Virus record (IMG/VR): IMGVR_UViG_3300036944_001324
Span: 124,001-188,000 of that record
Strand: one strand, 5' to 3'
Length of the DNA stretch: 64,000 bases
Every line of letters begins with the position of its first letter. The stretch's first letter is position 1. The position numbers and the translations under genes were made by a program. Below the pieces are notes generated by a model that saw nothing but the letters and a program-made list of their open reading frames with translations, did no database searches and was not told the DNA's origin. Positions 18,310-27,861 of this stretch are shown here, piece by piece.

Positions 18310-19590
18310 TTAACGTCCGGCCCCGTAATGACTCATGGTGAAAGCACGAACAACCAGGTAGAGCATCAACGCCGTTTTCACGGCAGATACCACTGAGCTG
18401 TTTTTGCTCTTGATGGCTTTCTTGGTGATCTTCTCGGAGAGATCACGCATCTTCATTAGGTGCACGTCCGTAGAGCGTGAACTCATGTAAACACCCTTGA
18501 GGCGCAAAATGAGACCGGAGAGATTGTTGTTGTCGCGAAGCACTGTTCGGTTATCGGCAAGATACCCGAAAGAGTGGACCATGATCAGGTCCAGCAGTTC
18601 ATCGATTTCTTTAGCCTGCGGCTTGCGATAGTTGAGCGAACACCAGCGCAGTGTTTCATGCACCAAACTTGGAGGAGCGGTGTGCAAGGCTTCGGCAAGG
18701 ATGTCCAGGATGTCTTGTTTGATAAGCGTGTGCTCATCGGACATCACGGAGTGCAGGTAGCGCGTGTAAGTCGAGAGATTCTTGGTGCGATCTTTGAGGA
18801 AGCTTTCACCGTTATCGAGCTCAACCGTTGCGGACGTAGAGCGGTGGCGCGTACCACGAGCGATAGAAGCAATCAGTGCCTCCATCAAGTTCTTCATCAT
18901 GTCACGAATACGCCCTTGGGTATCACTGATAGCGTAGTTGATGGCGATGTCATCCTCGTACGAAACCAGGGTCTTGTAATGCAGGCCACTTTGATCTACC
19001 AAGTCCTTGATACGTGTTTCGAGCAACGCCTGCCAAGAGCCATGCTGCTTGATGGCGTACTTGTTGGACAGCTGCGCGTAGGCCGCTGCAGCGATCTGTG
19101 GATCGGCGGGGATCTTGTAGTAATGCGACAGCAAAGAAGTGAGGAAGCGGTACAGCAAAATCAAAGCTGTGCTCTGTGCGGCACGCAGTTTCACAGCGTC
19201 AGGAAGATCGCTGGTGAGGAACTTGTGCATGACCCAGATGCAAGTGTGGTTGAACACATCGCTGGTCACGTTGCGTGTCGTCACGATGGCGTCGAGGGTG
19301 TGCAGGTTTTCCTCGATCTCCATGTCGTTGACTTGAACAACGTCCGTGAAGAAACGATCCATGTCCTGTGGTGTGAAACGCACCACGTGCACACCCGTCA
19401 AGTTGCCGCCGAAGAACGCCATGTGTTCTTCGTTCTTGTTGACGAAAGCGATTTGGAATTCGATGACACGTTGAGCAAGCGCTACGTCAAACTTGACGTG
19501 CTCGCAGACGCGTTCAAAGACGCCTTTGATAGTTCCGAACGTTTTGACGTTGGAATTCTCCAAGGCGAGCTCAAGATCAAGTACCGACAT
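18310..19590 (-). CDS. Conserved virion protein (phiKZ gp32-like)
   Basis: 426 aa with FFGGNLTGV and GVYMSSRS motifs; N-terminal ALE is a possible protease site. Confidence 0.65.
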   Translation of the reverse strand: MSVLDLELALENSNVKTFGTIKGVFERVCEHVKFDVALAQRVIEFQIAFVNKNEEHMAFFGGNLTGVHVVRFTPQDMDRFFTDVVQVNDMEIEENLHTLDAIVTTRNVTSDVFNHTCIWVMHKFLTSDLPDAVKLRAAQSTALILLYRFLTSLLSHYYKIPADPQIAAAAYAQLSNKYAIKQHGSWQALLETRIKDLVDQSGLHYKTLVSYEDDIAINYAISDTQGRIRDMMKNLMEALIASIARGTRHRSTSATVELDNGESFLKDRTKNLSTYTRYLHSVMSDEHTLIKQDILDILAEALHTAPPSLVHETLRWCSLNYRKPQAKEIDELLDLIMVHSFGYLADNRTVLRDNNNLSGLILRLKGVYMSSRSTDVHLMKMRDLSEKITKKAIKSKNSSVVSAVKTALMLYLVVRAFTMSHYGAGR

Positions 19591-20309
19591 CAGGCACCTG
19601 CTTTGCGTTTAGCCGCTTGGCGGTTTTTCAGTTCCTGGGTGAACGCTTCCATGCCAAAGCAGATCTTGGCACCCGTGCCTTCAAAGAGGCGTTCCAGGCA
19701 ACGTTCGGTTTCTGCATGATCTTCAAAAAGCAGCATGGCTGTTTCTTCAGGTGGTTGAACTGGACCAGGTCCACCCATGTCACCGACCACCAGCACAATA
19801 CCGCGGAAGTCAGTGTCAGTACCGACGAGCGCTTCGTAGTTCTCGGGTTTGACGATCTCGCTGGCGTTGGTCACCAGCACGGTAGTGACGTCTGGGGATT
19901 CCGTAGGCAAGGTGCCGGCCTTGGTGTCTGCGATGTGATCATCCACAGACTGCACGTCAAAATCAGAAAGCACCACTTGCAGCTCGGGGGCCTTGCCAAC
20001 TTCGTTCACCAGTTGTTCCATGAAATGATCCTGCGCGTAGCTCTCGGAGGAGGCCGCAGGTTTGTCCATGGTTGGGGTGTCGGCTTCCGGTGGGTTGTCC
20101 GTGAGTTCGAGAGGCTTCTTCTCGAACACGATGTTCATCGCCTGGGTCAGGATCTCAGACAGAGGACCTGTCATCACGATCTTGTCCTTGATGCCGTTGC
20201 CTTCGTCGTAAGCGACAGGCTGGAGTTCCTGGTTGTCCGAAGCTGCCTTGTTCGGAGACGTCTGGCAGCTCGTGCATTGTTCAAGGGCTGTGGATGGTTG
20301 TGGGTTCAT
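19590..20309 (-). CDS. Conserved acidic hypothetical protein
   Basis: 239 aa with a GPLSxxxTxAxN motif; stop/start overlap with the next gene. Confidence 0.7.
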   Translation of the reverse strand: MNPQPSTALEQCTSCQTSPNKAASDNQELQPVAYDEGNGIKDKIVMTGPLSEILTQAMNIVFEKKPLELTDNPPEADTPTMDKPAASSESYAQDHFMEQLVNEVGKAPELQVVLSDFDVQSVDDHIADTKAGTLPTESPDVTTVLVTNASEIVKPENYEALVGTDTDFRGIVLVVGDMGGPGPVQPPEETAMLLFEDHAETERCLERLFEGTGAKICFGMEAFTQELKNRQAAKRKAGA

Positions 20310-20413
20310 GACTGAATGAAAGAGAGTTGATGATTATCTAAAGGATACCGAATCTTCGGTAATAAAAGCACCAGTGACCGAAAAACAAGTCACTGGTTGC
20401 CAAATACTACAGC

Positions 20414-21232
20414 TTAACGGAATCCACCAATTTGCTGTCGAATACCGCGCTCATAAGTCTCACGGTCATTCATGAGGGAGATCTTCTGCCACTTGGTACG
20501 CTTGTACTCCTCGTACTGCTCTTCAGCGTCAGCGTAACTGTCAACGATCTGCTTGAACATGCCCAGCTCAAAACCGCCTTGGATACGACCACTGTCAAGT
20601 TCAATGACAAGTTTGTTGTAGACGTGGCTTTTCACCGCAAGCTCGCACAGACGGGTGAACGCTGGGTAACTGCGAATGCTCAGGTTGTTCATGTTCTCGT
20701 CGTTAGCAAGGATGCAACGAAGAACACCGTTCGTCGGCGACATCGATGGATCTTTGACAAGCACGACGTTCTCGCCGATGAGCTCAAGGCGAGACGTACC
20801 GATTAAGCCCGTCACGTCGTAGGACGCGTTCATGGCTTGAACAGCGGTAGTGAGCGGGGTAACCGAGCAGGGATCAAACATGCCGTTGGCATTTTGCTGG
20901 TTCACCGCCAAGTAGTCCACGTACCCAAGGTGAAGCACCTGGGAAATAGGGCGGCCATTGGTCTTGTCCTTAGGGACGTAGATCACACTCATCATCTCTG
21001 GAGTGCGTTCATACCGAATGCCATCCAGACGAATCCAGACTTCCTGACCACCTACCAAATTGCAATCCACAAGGACGCGTGGACGGATCACTGTGGAGAC
21101 GATTTGATCGTCCACGTTCACGGGAACCGTGCGCCATTGGTTGTATGTCGGAGCGAACACCGCCTTCAGAATCTCATGCGGTATCTTGCGCCACATGTCA
21201 GATGTGGCTTTAGAGATTGGGTTGTAACTCAT
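20414..21232 (-). CDS. Conserved phiKZ-like protein (possibly structural)
   Basis: 272 aa with IPxEIL, RVLVDCN and YADAEE motifs. Confidence 0.7.
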   Translation of the reverse strand: MSYNPISKATSDMWRKIPHEILKAVFAPTYNQWRTVPVNVDDQIVSTVIRPRVLVDCNLVGGQEVWIRLDGIRYERTPEMMSVIYVPKDKTNGRPISQVLHLGYVDYLAVNQQNANGMFDPCSVTPLTTAVQAMNASYDVTGLIGTSRLELIGENVVLVKDPSMSPTNGVLRCILANDENMNNLSIRSYPAFTRLCELAVKSHVYNKLVIELDSGRIQGGFELGMFKQIVDSYADAEEQYEEYKRTKWQKISLMNDRETYERGIRQQIGGFR

Positions 21233-21480
21233 ATTGCCGTCGAACTTTCACCAACGTTATCATTTCTACCAAATAAGGAACCATTCACACCATCAGTCAA
21301 GTAACTCATTCTCTTAGATCTGAAGGATTTCAGAACCTGAGGAGTTGTAAGGTAACGAGCTTTTTGAGAGCTCTAACCCTACTCTTCCGATGGGTAAAGG
21401 AAGAATTCAATCAAATCATTTTGCAGCTCACACGTTCTCTGCAAACAAGGATACGCTTCCTCACGGAAGAGCAATCTAAC

Positions 21481-21507
21481 AAATCTCGATCACACATTAT
21501 CTCTGGG
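21481..21507 (+). promoter_or_regulatory. Putative phage early promoter
   Basis: AAATCTCGATCACACATTATCTCTGGG. Confidence 0.65.
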
Positions 21508-21652
21508 ATAGTGCGATCACTCTCTGGTTTCTCCTGGGACCAGGGTTTCTTTTAACAGGTCATCAACCCGCGCGTGCCATCGCAAGCGGGGGAGCATTAG
21601 ATCTTAGGATCGAAGGCTCTATATTGGCCACCTAGTCTTGAAAGGACTACCG

Positions 21653-22351
21653 GTGAAAATTCTCTCTATTCGTCTCTTGTTCGTTTGGTTGTTTGTTGCT
21701 TTCGGTGCTTTGGTTATTCCAACCAAAGCCATCGCTGGTGACGACGTGACTGTCAAAGCCGTTGCTGGCTGGATCGTCAAACAAACCAAGGAAAATGTGC
21801 AGTGGCCACAAGCCATTAAAATAGCGCGTGCTGTGTTCGATAAGGTCGACACCCACCGCATCGATCCCTATTTGGTGATCGCCATGATGTCAGCGGAAAG
21901 CACCTTCAACCACAAAGCAGGCAATAAGTCCGGTGCTCGTGGTTTGATGCAGGTCATGCCGCGCTGGCACCGTGACAAGATAAAAGGTCGTAACATCCTG
22001 GACATACAGACCAACGTTGAAGTAGGACTGCAGATTTTGCAGGACTGTCTTATCAAAGCCGGTGACAAGATGAGTTCCGGTCTGCGTTGCTACTCTGGTG
22101 GGGCATCCAAGAAGTACGAAACCAAGATCAAGGTAGCGCACGCTTCCGTTAAAGAAGCAGTCATACAGAGTCGCTTTGACCAAGAAGTTCCTATCGTCGC
22201 TACAGCCAGCTTTAACCGGCCACGGTACTGGCATGAGCAGATGGAACGCTACGAACACACCCAAGCCGTGGACCGGCGTCGCACACTCGACTCTGAAGTG
22301 GCTGGGCGTGAATACGATCGTTTGATCGTCGCCATGAACCAACACAACTAA
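21653..22351 (+). CDS. Lytic transglycosylase (SLT domain) with N-terminal signal/TM segment
   Basis: AES catalytic Glu and GARGLMQV motif; hydrophobic N-terminus; GTG start after SD AAAGGA. Confidence 0.88.
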   Translation: MKILSIRLLFVWLFVAFGALVIPTKAIAGDDVTVKAVAGWIVKQTKENVQWPQAIKIARAVFDKVDTHRIDPYLVIAMMSAESTFNHKAGNKSGARGLMQVMPRWHRDKIKGRNILDIQTNVEVGLQILQDCLIKAGDKMSSGLRCYSGGASKKYETKIKVAHASVKEAVIQSRFDQEVPIVATASFNRPRYWHEQMERYEHTQAVDRRRTLDSEVAGREYDRLIVAMNQHN

Positions 22352-22382
22352 CCTGGGCTTAAACGCCAGATCGAAGGAAAAT

Positions 22383-22493
22383 ATGAAATCGCTTGTGAAG
22401 AATATGTCCGTTAAGTCGCTCAAATTTATCATGAGCGATTTCGGCCTCGTCGCGGTAGTTCTGGCCATTGTGGCTGTAAAGAGCGCCGTATAA
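22383..22493 (+). CDS. 36-aa single-TM peptide (below ORF-track cutoff)
   Basis: SD GAAGGA; MKSLVKNMSVKSLKFIMSDFGLVAVVLAIVAVKSAV; fills the gap between two genes. Confidence 0.6.
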   Translation: MKSLVKNMSVKSLKFIMSDFGLVAVVLAIVAVKSAV

Positions 22494-22520
22494 ACCACGT
22501 CAACAAGAAGGGAAATCGAA

Positions 22521-22844
22521 ATGGCAAACAAAACCGACATCAACAAACTCGTTGGTGTTTTGTTCGGTGATGCGTTCACTGGCAAGATCAAGGTCTCGCT
22601 CAAGAAGGGTAATTTGACGCTGGAGAGTGGTGACACCAATGTGTCTTCCACCACTGATGGTGTCACGTACCAACTGGCCGAGAACCCTCAGACCAACCTG
22701 ACTGATGGCGTGCACAACATCGAGTTCAAGGACGGCTACGCAGCAGCTATCGAAGCATTGGTGGAAAAGCCTTCCACGATGACCGCTGTCAAGCCTACGA
22801 AGGGCACGCATTCGAGCATGCCCGGCAAACGCGTGTACGACTAA
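22521..22844 (+). CDS. Hypothetical protein, paralogue of 62563..62829
   Basis: SD AAGGG; shared FGxxFTGxIxV motif. Confidence 0.8.
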   Translation: MANKTDINKLVGVLFGDAFTGKIKVSLKKGNLTLESGDTNVSSTTDGVTYQLAENPQTNLTDGVHNIEFKDGYAAAIEALVEKPSTMTAVKPTKGTHSSMPGKRVYD

Positions 22845-22861
22845 CCAACACCGCATACAGA

Positions 22862-22893
22862 CCCTACCCAAGCCTTAGATGGTCTGGGCAGGG
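22862..22893. repeat. Dispersed hairpin repeat, copy A
   Basis: 29/32 identical to the reverse complement of 39540-39571. Confidence 0.8.
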
Positions 22894-22926
22894 TCTTATG
22901 TCGTCTACAAAGAAAAGGAATCAGTC

Positions 22927-23604
22927 ATGACAATCATTGTCTATGACAATAAGTCTCTGATCACCGATAGCCTGACGTTGGTAGTAAACGATGAAACTGC
23001 TGATCAGTTCAGCTATCATGCTAACAAGATCCGTTACAACGCTAGCCGTACGGTTGCATTTGCATACCCCGGTGAGACGATGAGCGCAGAGATCAACGAA
23101 TGGATGATGCGGCACGCAGAAGCAGAGCTGGCATACGCTTACATGCAAGCAGATAGAACGAGGTACGGTGAAAAAATTACCATGGCTGCCAAGTACCTCG
23201 ATGGTTTCAATAAATTCATTTCTTTACTTCCGCTCCCGCCATCTAAGGATGGCAAAGGTATCGCTATTTCCAAACACGAAGCTGTGCAGTTTGGTTCGGC
23301 TGGTAAGACCGTGGTGACTAACTCTTTGTTCATTGGGACGGGTTGTTACCTGGAAGCTTACTGGATGCTACGAGCGTCTGGAATGCACCCAGTCCCGATC
23401 ATGAATCGCTTGAGTCAGATTGGTAAGTTGGTTGGCGGTCCTATCAACATTCAGCGACAGCAAGATTTGAACGATCCTGACTACGAGCGTTATGTCAAGG
23501 ATTTGTTTGACGGCGTAAAGTACAAGGACTTGAATTTGCACGCTGTTACCAAAACACCGACAAACAGGAAGGCGAAGAATGCGACACTTCTTAAGAAACA
23601 ATAA
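22927..23604 (+). CDS. Ntn-hydrolase / HslV-like peptidase-fold protein
   Basis: N-terminal M-TIIVYD...LITDS, IGTG (cf. AIGSG) and C-terminal GGPI; SD AAGGA. Confidence 0.55.
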   Translation: MTIIVYDNKSLITDSLTLVVNDETADQFSYHANKIRYNASRTVAFAYPGETMSAEINEWMMRHAEAELAYAYMQADRTRYGEKITMAAKYLDGFNKFISLLPLPPSKDGKGIAISKHEAVQFGSAGKTVVTNSLFIGTGCYLEAYWMLRASGMHPVPIMNRLSQIGKLVGGPINIQRQQDLNDPDYERYVKDLFDGVKYKDLNLHAVTKTPTNRKAKNATLLKKQ

Positions 23605-24157
23605 ACGCCTGGTCATACCCGGCATCGAATCCAACAACTACTACGCGTTTGAAGTGGACGTTGCGTATTACGAGACGCCTTATGGTCTGGCGTTGCCGCC
23701 GACTGCCAAAAGTGCGACCATGCTTCGTTTCTTGCGCAACTACGACCAGCTCAAAACCAACACGTTCAACTTCGCACCGGCAAGTACCAAGTCCTACGTT
23801 TGCTACTTGTTGAACAACCGCGGCGAGATGGAATTGGTGTTCATGGACGGCGAGATGATCGATAAGGTCGAGCAATTCAATCTGGAAGTCATTACTCTGC
23901 CGGCTGGAAAGCCTACTTGGAAGGTCGAGGATGCGTTAGGCCCTACCGACGCCATCGCCAAGACGGACGCCGTCAAGAAGATGAGTCAGGCAGCTGCGGT
24001 CAAGTGGCTCGATGAACGTTCTGGTCATCGGTTCCAGCAACCTTTTACGGTGGATATCGAAACCTGGGTTAAGAATCGTCCACCGGAGTACAAGAACTTG
24101 TTTCTGTACAACAATGCCTTTATCAGGGGTGATTTCATAAAACGCAAGCATTCGTAG
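23579..24157 (+). CDS. Hypothetical protein, possible degenerate Ntn paralogue
   Basis: 192 aa overlapping the previous gene; weak similarity at both ends. Confidence 0.65.
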   Translation: MRHFLRNNKRLVIPGIESNNYYAFEVDVAYYETPYGLALPPTAKSATMLRFLRNYDQLKTNTFNFAPASTKSYVCYLLNNRGEMELVFMDGEMIDKVEQFNLEVITLPAGKPTWKVEDALGPTDAIAKTDAVKKMSQAAAVKWLDERSGHRFQQPFTVDIETWVKNRPPEYKNLFLYNNAFIRGDFIKRKHS

Positions 24158-24264
24158 AAGCGGATCATATGGAGGTGTGTATCACCTCCGTATCATCATC
24201 TTTAACTGATTTCGGTTAGTCACCGAGGGATATATACATGTACGCTACAAAGGGAGACGTCGAC

Positions 24265-24690
24265 ATGAAGCTGAAGGCTGTCGACGGTGGTCAGGTTATC
24301 ATTTCATGGCACCTGATCCATAGCGAGATCAACAAAAACAGAATGCTCATTATCGGGCTCGAGCAACGCATTCGAGACGGTAAAGTTGACAGCGTCACGT
24401 TGAGCGACAAAGACTGCTACATCCGGCAGCGTCGCAACAACAAGCGGCCCAATTTCCTGTTTGGTATTTACTCCTGCCATGGTTGTGATACCCTGGTGGA
24501 TCTGATTGAACAAGTCGACGACTACGAGAGCGTCTGTGTGAAGACGTACCAAGTCAATGAAAATACCGGTGAGCGAATCACCACTGGGCTCGTCCACTGG
24601 AGCGAAAGCCATAACGAACTGACGTTCCACAACAAAAACAAAGTCAAGCGTTTCGGCTGGACCGGCGAAGAACTGAAGAAACAAAAGTAG
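24265..24690 (+). CDS. Hypothetical protein
   Basis: SD AGGGAG before ATG 24265; framed hairpin follows at 24695-24730. Confidence 0.7.
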   Translation: MKLKAVDGGQVIISWHLIHSEINKNRMLIIGLEQRIRDGKVDSVTLSDKDCYIRQRRNNKRPNFLFGIYSCHGCDTLVDLIEQVDDYESVCVKTYQVNENTGERITTGLVHWSESHNELTFHNKNKVKRFGWTGEELKKQK

Positions 24691-24825
24691 CAACTATCAG
24701 CCCCTCCAAAAGAGGGCTGATTATGCCGTCTTTGTAGTTGCTTGTCTTTTTTATCTAAGAGAAGTAAACCATCTGTCTGAGACGCATGTGACGTCTTGTT
24801 TACAATCTGGATAAAACGGGGATCT

Positions 24826-25272
24826 ATGTCTTTTACAAACGACGTTCATGTGTGCGAACAAGGTGTCTGTGAAGACACCCTGGAACACTTCATTGCTGTC
24901 ATCCGTGACGAGTATAAACGGTTTCACACACCGGTGCCCAGTAACCTCCAAACCTGCCGTTACACGGACCTCAATTACAGCGTTCGCGTCAAGGTACTCA
25001 CACGCCTTACCCGTGATGTGGGCGTTCCTTTGAATCGTGACGATTTCAATCACGTTGCAGTTGGCCGACTTACCGTGGCCGATGCATTCGCCTTTGTGCA
25101 AAAGAAGGTACAAGAAGCTAAAGCTGAAAAACCCAAAACATCAGTGTTGGAGATACCAAACGTAGGTGTTTTGGACGAGATTCCACCGCCCCTCCCATTT
25201 GAACCTTTCGGGTTATACCTGAGCGGGATAACTGGTCCAGATGTCCCGACGGACAAGCCTTTCAAATTTTAA
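24826..25272 (+). CDS. Hypothetical protein
   Basis: ATG 24826 after GGGGA. Confidence 0.65.
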   Translation: MSFTNDVHVCEQGVCEDTLEHFIAVIRDEYKRFHTPVPSNLQTCRYTDLNYSVRVKVLTRLTRDVGVPLNRDDFNHVAVGRLTVADAFAFVQKKVQEAKAEKPKTSVLEIPNVGVLDEIPPPLPFEPFGLYLSGITGPDVPTDKPFKF

Positions 25273-25298
25273 TCCATCCCCCAAGAGAAACAACCATC

Positions 25299-25835
25299 AT
25301 GGAAAACACCGAGCACAAGATCCAGTACACACCCGACGTGAACACCACGTTCCCGACATCGTTCGAGCCACGCTCCGTGCACTTTCACAACTGGGAACTC
25401 ACGCGGGCCGATGGCCGTACGTGTTTCGAAGTGGAAGTGAGCATCTACAAGGGTGCTGACGGCAAGCCTGTGGAAATCCCCGAGCAGGTGACAGCAGCGG
25501 CTTTGCTGCGCATTCGTGATTCGTTCCTGAACAAGGAATGGTTCATGTGCCTCAGCGCCGACGACCAGGAACTGCTGGCTTTTGACAACGAACTCACCAT
25601 GGCCAAGCTTCGTGAGTTCTTCGCCAGTGATGAAGTGCTGCTCTATGTGAGCGTTGGTCATTTGGTGTATGACGTTCCTCACGATGAAGCGGTGGAACCT
25701 ATCGCCAGCCTCGGCTACTTCGGTGCTGTTCGCAAAGAATACCTGGAGATCGCTCTGCTCGACGCCACAACCAACCAAGTGATCAAACCGATCTACGGTA
25801 TCGAAGTCCCGCAAGCGCTGGACTCCGCCATTTAA
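25299..25835 (+). CDS. Hypothetical acidic protein
   Basis: 178 aa with biased codon usage. Confidence 0.8.
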   Translation: MENTEHKIQYTPDVNTTFPTSFEPRSVHFHNWELTRADGRTCFEVEVSIYKGADGKPVEIPEQVTAAALLRIRDSFLNKEWFMCLSADDQELLAFDNELTMAKLREFFASDEVLLYVSVGHLVYDVPHDEAVEPIASLGYFGAVRKEYLEIALLDATTNQVIKPIYGIEVPQALDSAI

Positions 25836-25898
25836 CCACACCGCTACGCTCTAAGAACAAGAGCGTAGCAACCACACAAAACACAAGGAGATCCTGAC

Positions 25899-26402
25899 AT
25901 GTCTGAAATTACCGTAGCTTTGAGCAAACACAACGTTCTTCTGGAATACAAGAAGGACAAACCCGTTCCGGCCCATGTGTTCCGTACCATGCAGGTGGGT
26001 CTTGATTTCCTTGATGCGTCGTACGCGACGAATTCTCTCGTGCTCCATGTCTCTAGTGAACTGGCCTTATCTGAAGAGGTTGGCAATTCTGCAGCTAGAT
26101 TCGGTTACCACGAGTACGAACGAAGCGACTACGGCATTTTGATCGCCAAGTTCAATGGGATTGATCGACTGTACACCATCGCGGTTGAAGAAGAAAAGAT
26201 CCCGTACGTCGACGACATGATCAGCCGTCATCGCAAGATGAGGGAGTTCACCGTCGAAGTGAATCACCAGAGTCTGCTTCTCGACAACGAAGGCCGCCGC
26301 ACTCCGTTTTCCTACTCCACCAAGATGATCTGGCCCATCATCGGGACGCTGTTCTGGTGGGCCGACATCGCAGAACCCTCCAAAGAAAGTACATGCAAAT
26401 GA
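25899..26402 (+). CDS. Hypothetical protein, tandem paralogue 1
   Basis: SD AAGGAG; C-terminal QSLLL...RT.FS...IWP...FWWADI. Confidence 0.8.
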   Translation: MSEITVALSKHNVLLEYKKDKPVPAHVFRTMQVGLDFLDASYATNSLVLHVSSELALSEEVGNSAARFGYHEYERSDYGILIAKFNGIDRLYTIAVEEEKIPYVDDMISRHRKMREFTVEVNHQSLLLDNEGRRTPFSYSTKMIWPIIGTLFWWADIAEPSKESTCK

Positions 26403-26893
26403 AGACAACTCATCTCTCCGGTCTGGAATTGAAATTTCCCTATCGACCGGAATCATGGCGCGCTCGCAAAGAACTGTACAGGGTTCAACTGCTGCTGGAC
26501 TCTTGTGGGTTCAACGAGTTACACAAGACGTTTATGTTGATTGCGACCAATAGCGTGGCTAACATCCCTACTTCGGCAGCGAACGAAGCTGTATTTCGCA
26601 TCCATCCATACGCGTCTTCGGAATACAGCTGCCTGGTGATGCGAATGACTGGCATTGGGCGCTCTAACCTGCTGATCGTTCCCAATAACGAAATTCCCAT
26701 GGTTGATCGAAAAATCAACGAAGCATTGGAAAGTGGTGCAGGGGCGATTGAAATTCAATCGCAAACTTTACTTCTCACAGAGGGGTGCGAACGCACTGCT
26801 TATTCGCATTGCGCGCAGACCGTTTGGCCTGCGGACTTGGTGGAGTTCTTCTGGACTGACATCGAGCCTGACGCACCTGAACAACCTGCGTAA
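26399..26893 (+). CDS. Hypothetical protein, tandem paralogue 2
   Basis: ATGA overlap; QTLLL...RT.YS...VWP...FFWTDI. Confidence 0.75.
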   Translation: MKTTHLSGLELKFPYRPESWRARKELYRVQLLLDSCGFNELHKTFMLIATNSVANIPTSAANEAVFRIHPYASSEYSCLVMRMTGIGRSNLLIVPNNEIPMVDRKINEALESGAGAIEIQSQTLLLTEGCERTAYSHCAQTVWPADLVEFFWTDIEPDAPEQPA

Positions 26894-26920
26894 TTTATCT
26901 AAAACCTAAGGAGTATCCTC

Positions 26921-27217
26921 ATGTCCAAAATGAAACGTCTTAAAGGTAGCGGCGTTGTTGGTTTCTTGGTGTTCGTGGTTGCGTGGTTCTTCGCACTTGC
27001 GTTCCTCACTACGTTCTTTATCCATCCGGCGCATGCTGCACCCGGTGCCGAGAAGTACTACACCAAACCACAACCCAACCAACAGCCCCACGTACTGTAC
27101 CAAACTAAGGATGGTTACATCCAAAGTTTCACGATCCACAAGGACCGTGTTACATGTTTGCGCCGTACCAACGAGCTCAAACTCAAGCCGGGAACGTGGC
27201 AGTGCCTCCCTAGTTAA
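26921..27217 (+). CDS. Small exported or membrane protein
   Basis: SD AAGGAG; basic N-terminus, TM segment, AHA signal-peptidase-like site, two Cys. Confidence 0.75.
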   Translation: MSKMKRLKGSGVVGFLVFVVAWFFALAFLTTFFIHPAHAAPGAEKYYTKPQPNQQPHVLYQTKDGYIQSFTIHKDRVTCLRRTNELKLKPGTWQCLPS

Positions 27218-27233
27218 ACAAGGACAAAAGAAA

Positions 27234-27836
27234 ATGAGCGACAACATCATCCCATTCAGAGTCAGAACAGCAAAACCCGTCGAGCCTGACATCGGTCGCG
27301 GACTGGCCAAGCCTGAAGGCTTCGTCGCCGTGGATCAGGACCCCACGTTCAATCACCGGTTGGAAAACTCCACTACTGTGAACATTGTCAAGCTCGACGA
27401 ATGCAAGACCCTCGAAGACGTGCGTTCGTTGGTGTCTGCTGTTGCCAGTGCGTGGCGGGACAATACCTCGAAATCTCCGGAGTACCTCGACTTACTGACC
27501 ATTGAGGCATCGGTCGAGTTCCCTGGTGAAGACGACAAACCGACGGTAGCGCTGTTCAACTTCGACCATCGTGTGAGGCTCGCCATCTGTGCTGCTTTGG
27601 AAGACAAGGTAGATAGCCACATGCGTGACGAATTGTTGTCAGCCTTGTCAACTTTCTCGATGACGATCCGTATGTGGATGTTCGCAAATGTGGCGAGTTC
27701 TTCCCATCAGTTGGCGTACGGCGGCAAAGTTGGAATTCAGCTGGATTTTGGCTACTACGGTGCGGGGATTACCCTCCTCATTGACGGCGTCATCCAGACC
27801 AACACTTTCTTTGCCAAGAAGATTGTTCCTGTGTAA
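27234..27836 (+). CDS. Hypothetical protein
   Basis: ATG 27234 after AAGGA (MSDNIIPFR). Confidence 0.75.
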   Translation: MSDNIIPFRVRTAKPVEPDIGRGLAKPEGFVAVDQDPTFNHRLENSTTVNIVKLDECKTLEDVRSLVSAVASAWRDNTSKSPEYLDLLTIEASVEFPGEDDKPTVALFNFDHRVRLAICAALEDKVDSHMRDELLSALSTFSMTIRMWMFANVASSSHQLAYGGKVGIQLDFGYYGAGITLLIDGVIQTNTFFAKKIVPV

Positions 27837-27861
27837 TTGACAAACTTTTTAGGATTACAAA

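Noticed and set aside
26955-27233. Long N-terminal extensions in the ORF track (also 58190, 41114, 37338, 5014, 22879)
   Set aside because: They overlap other genes, terminators or promoters; downstream ATGs, most with SD sequences, are better starts.
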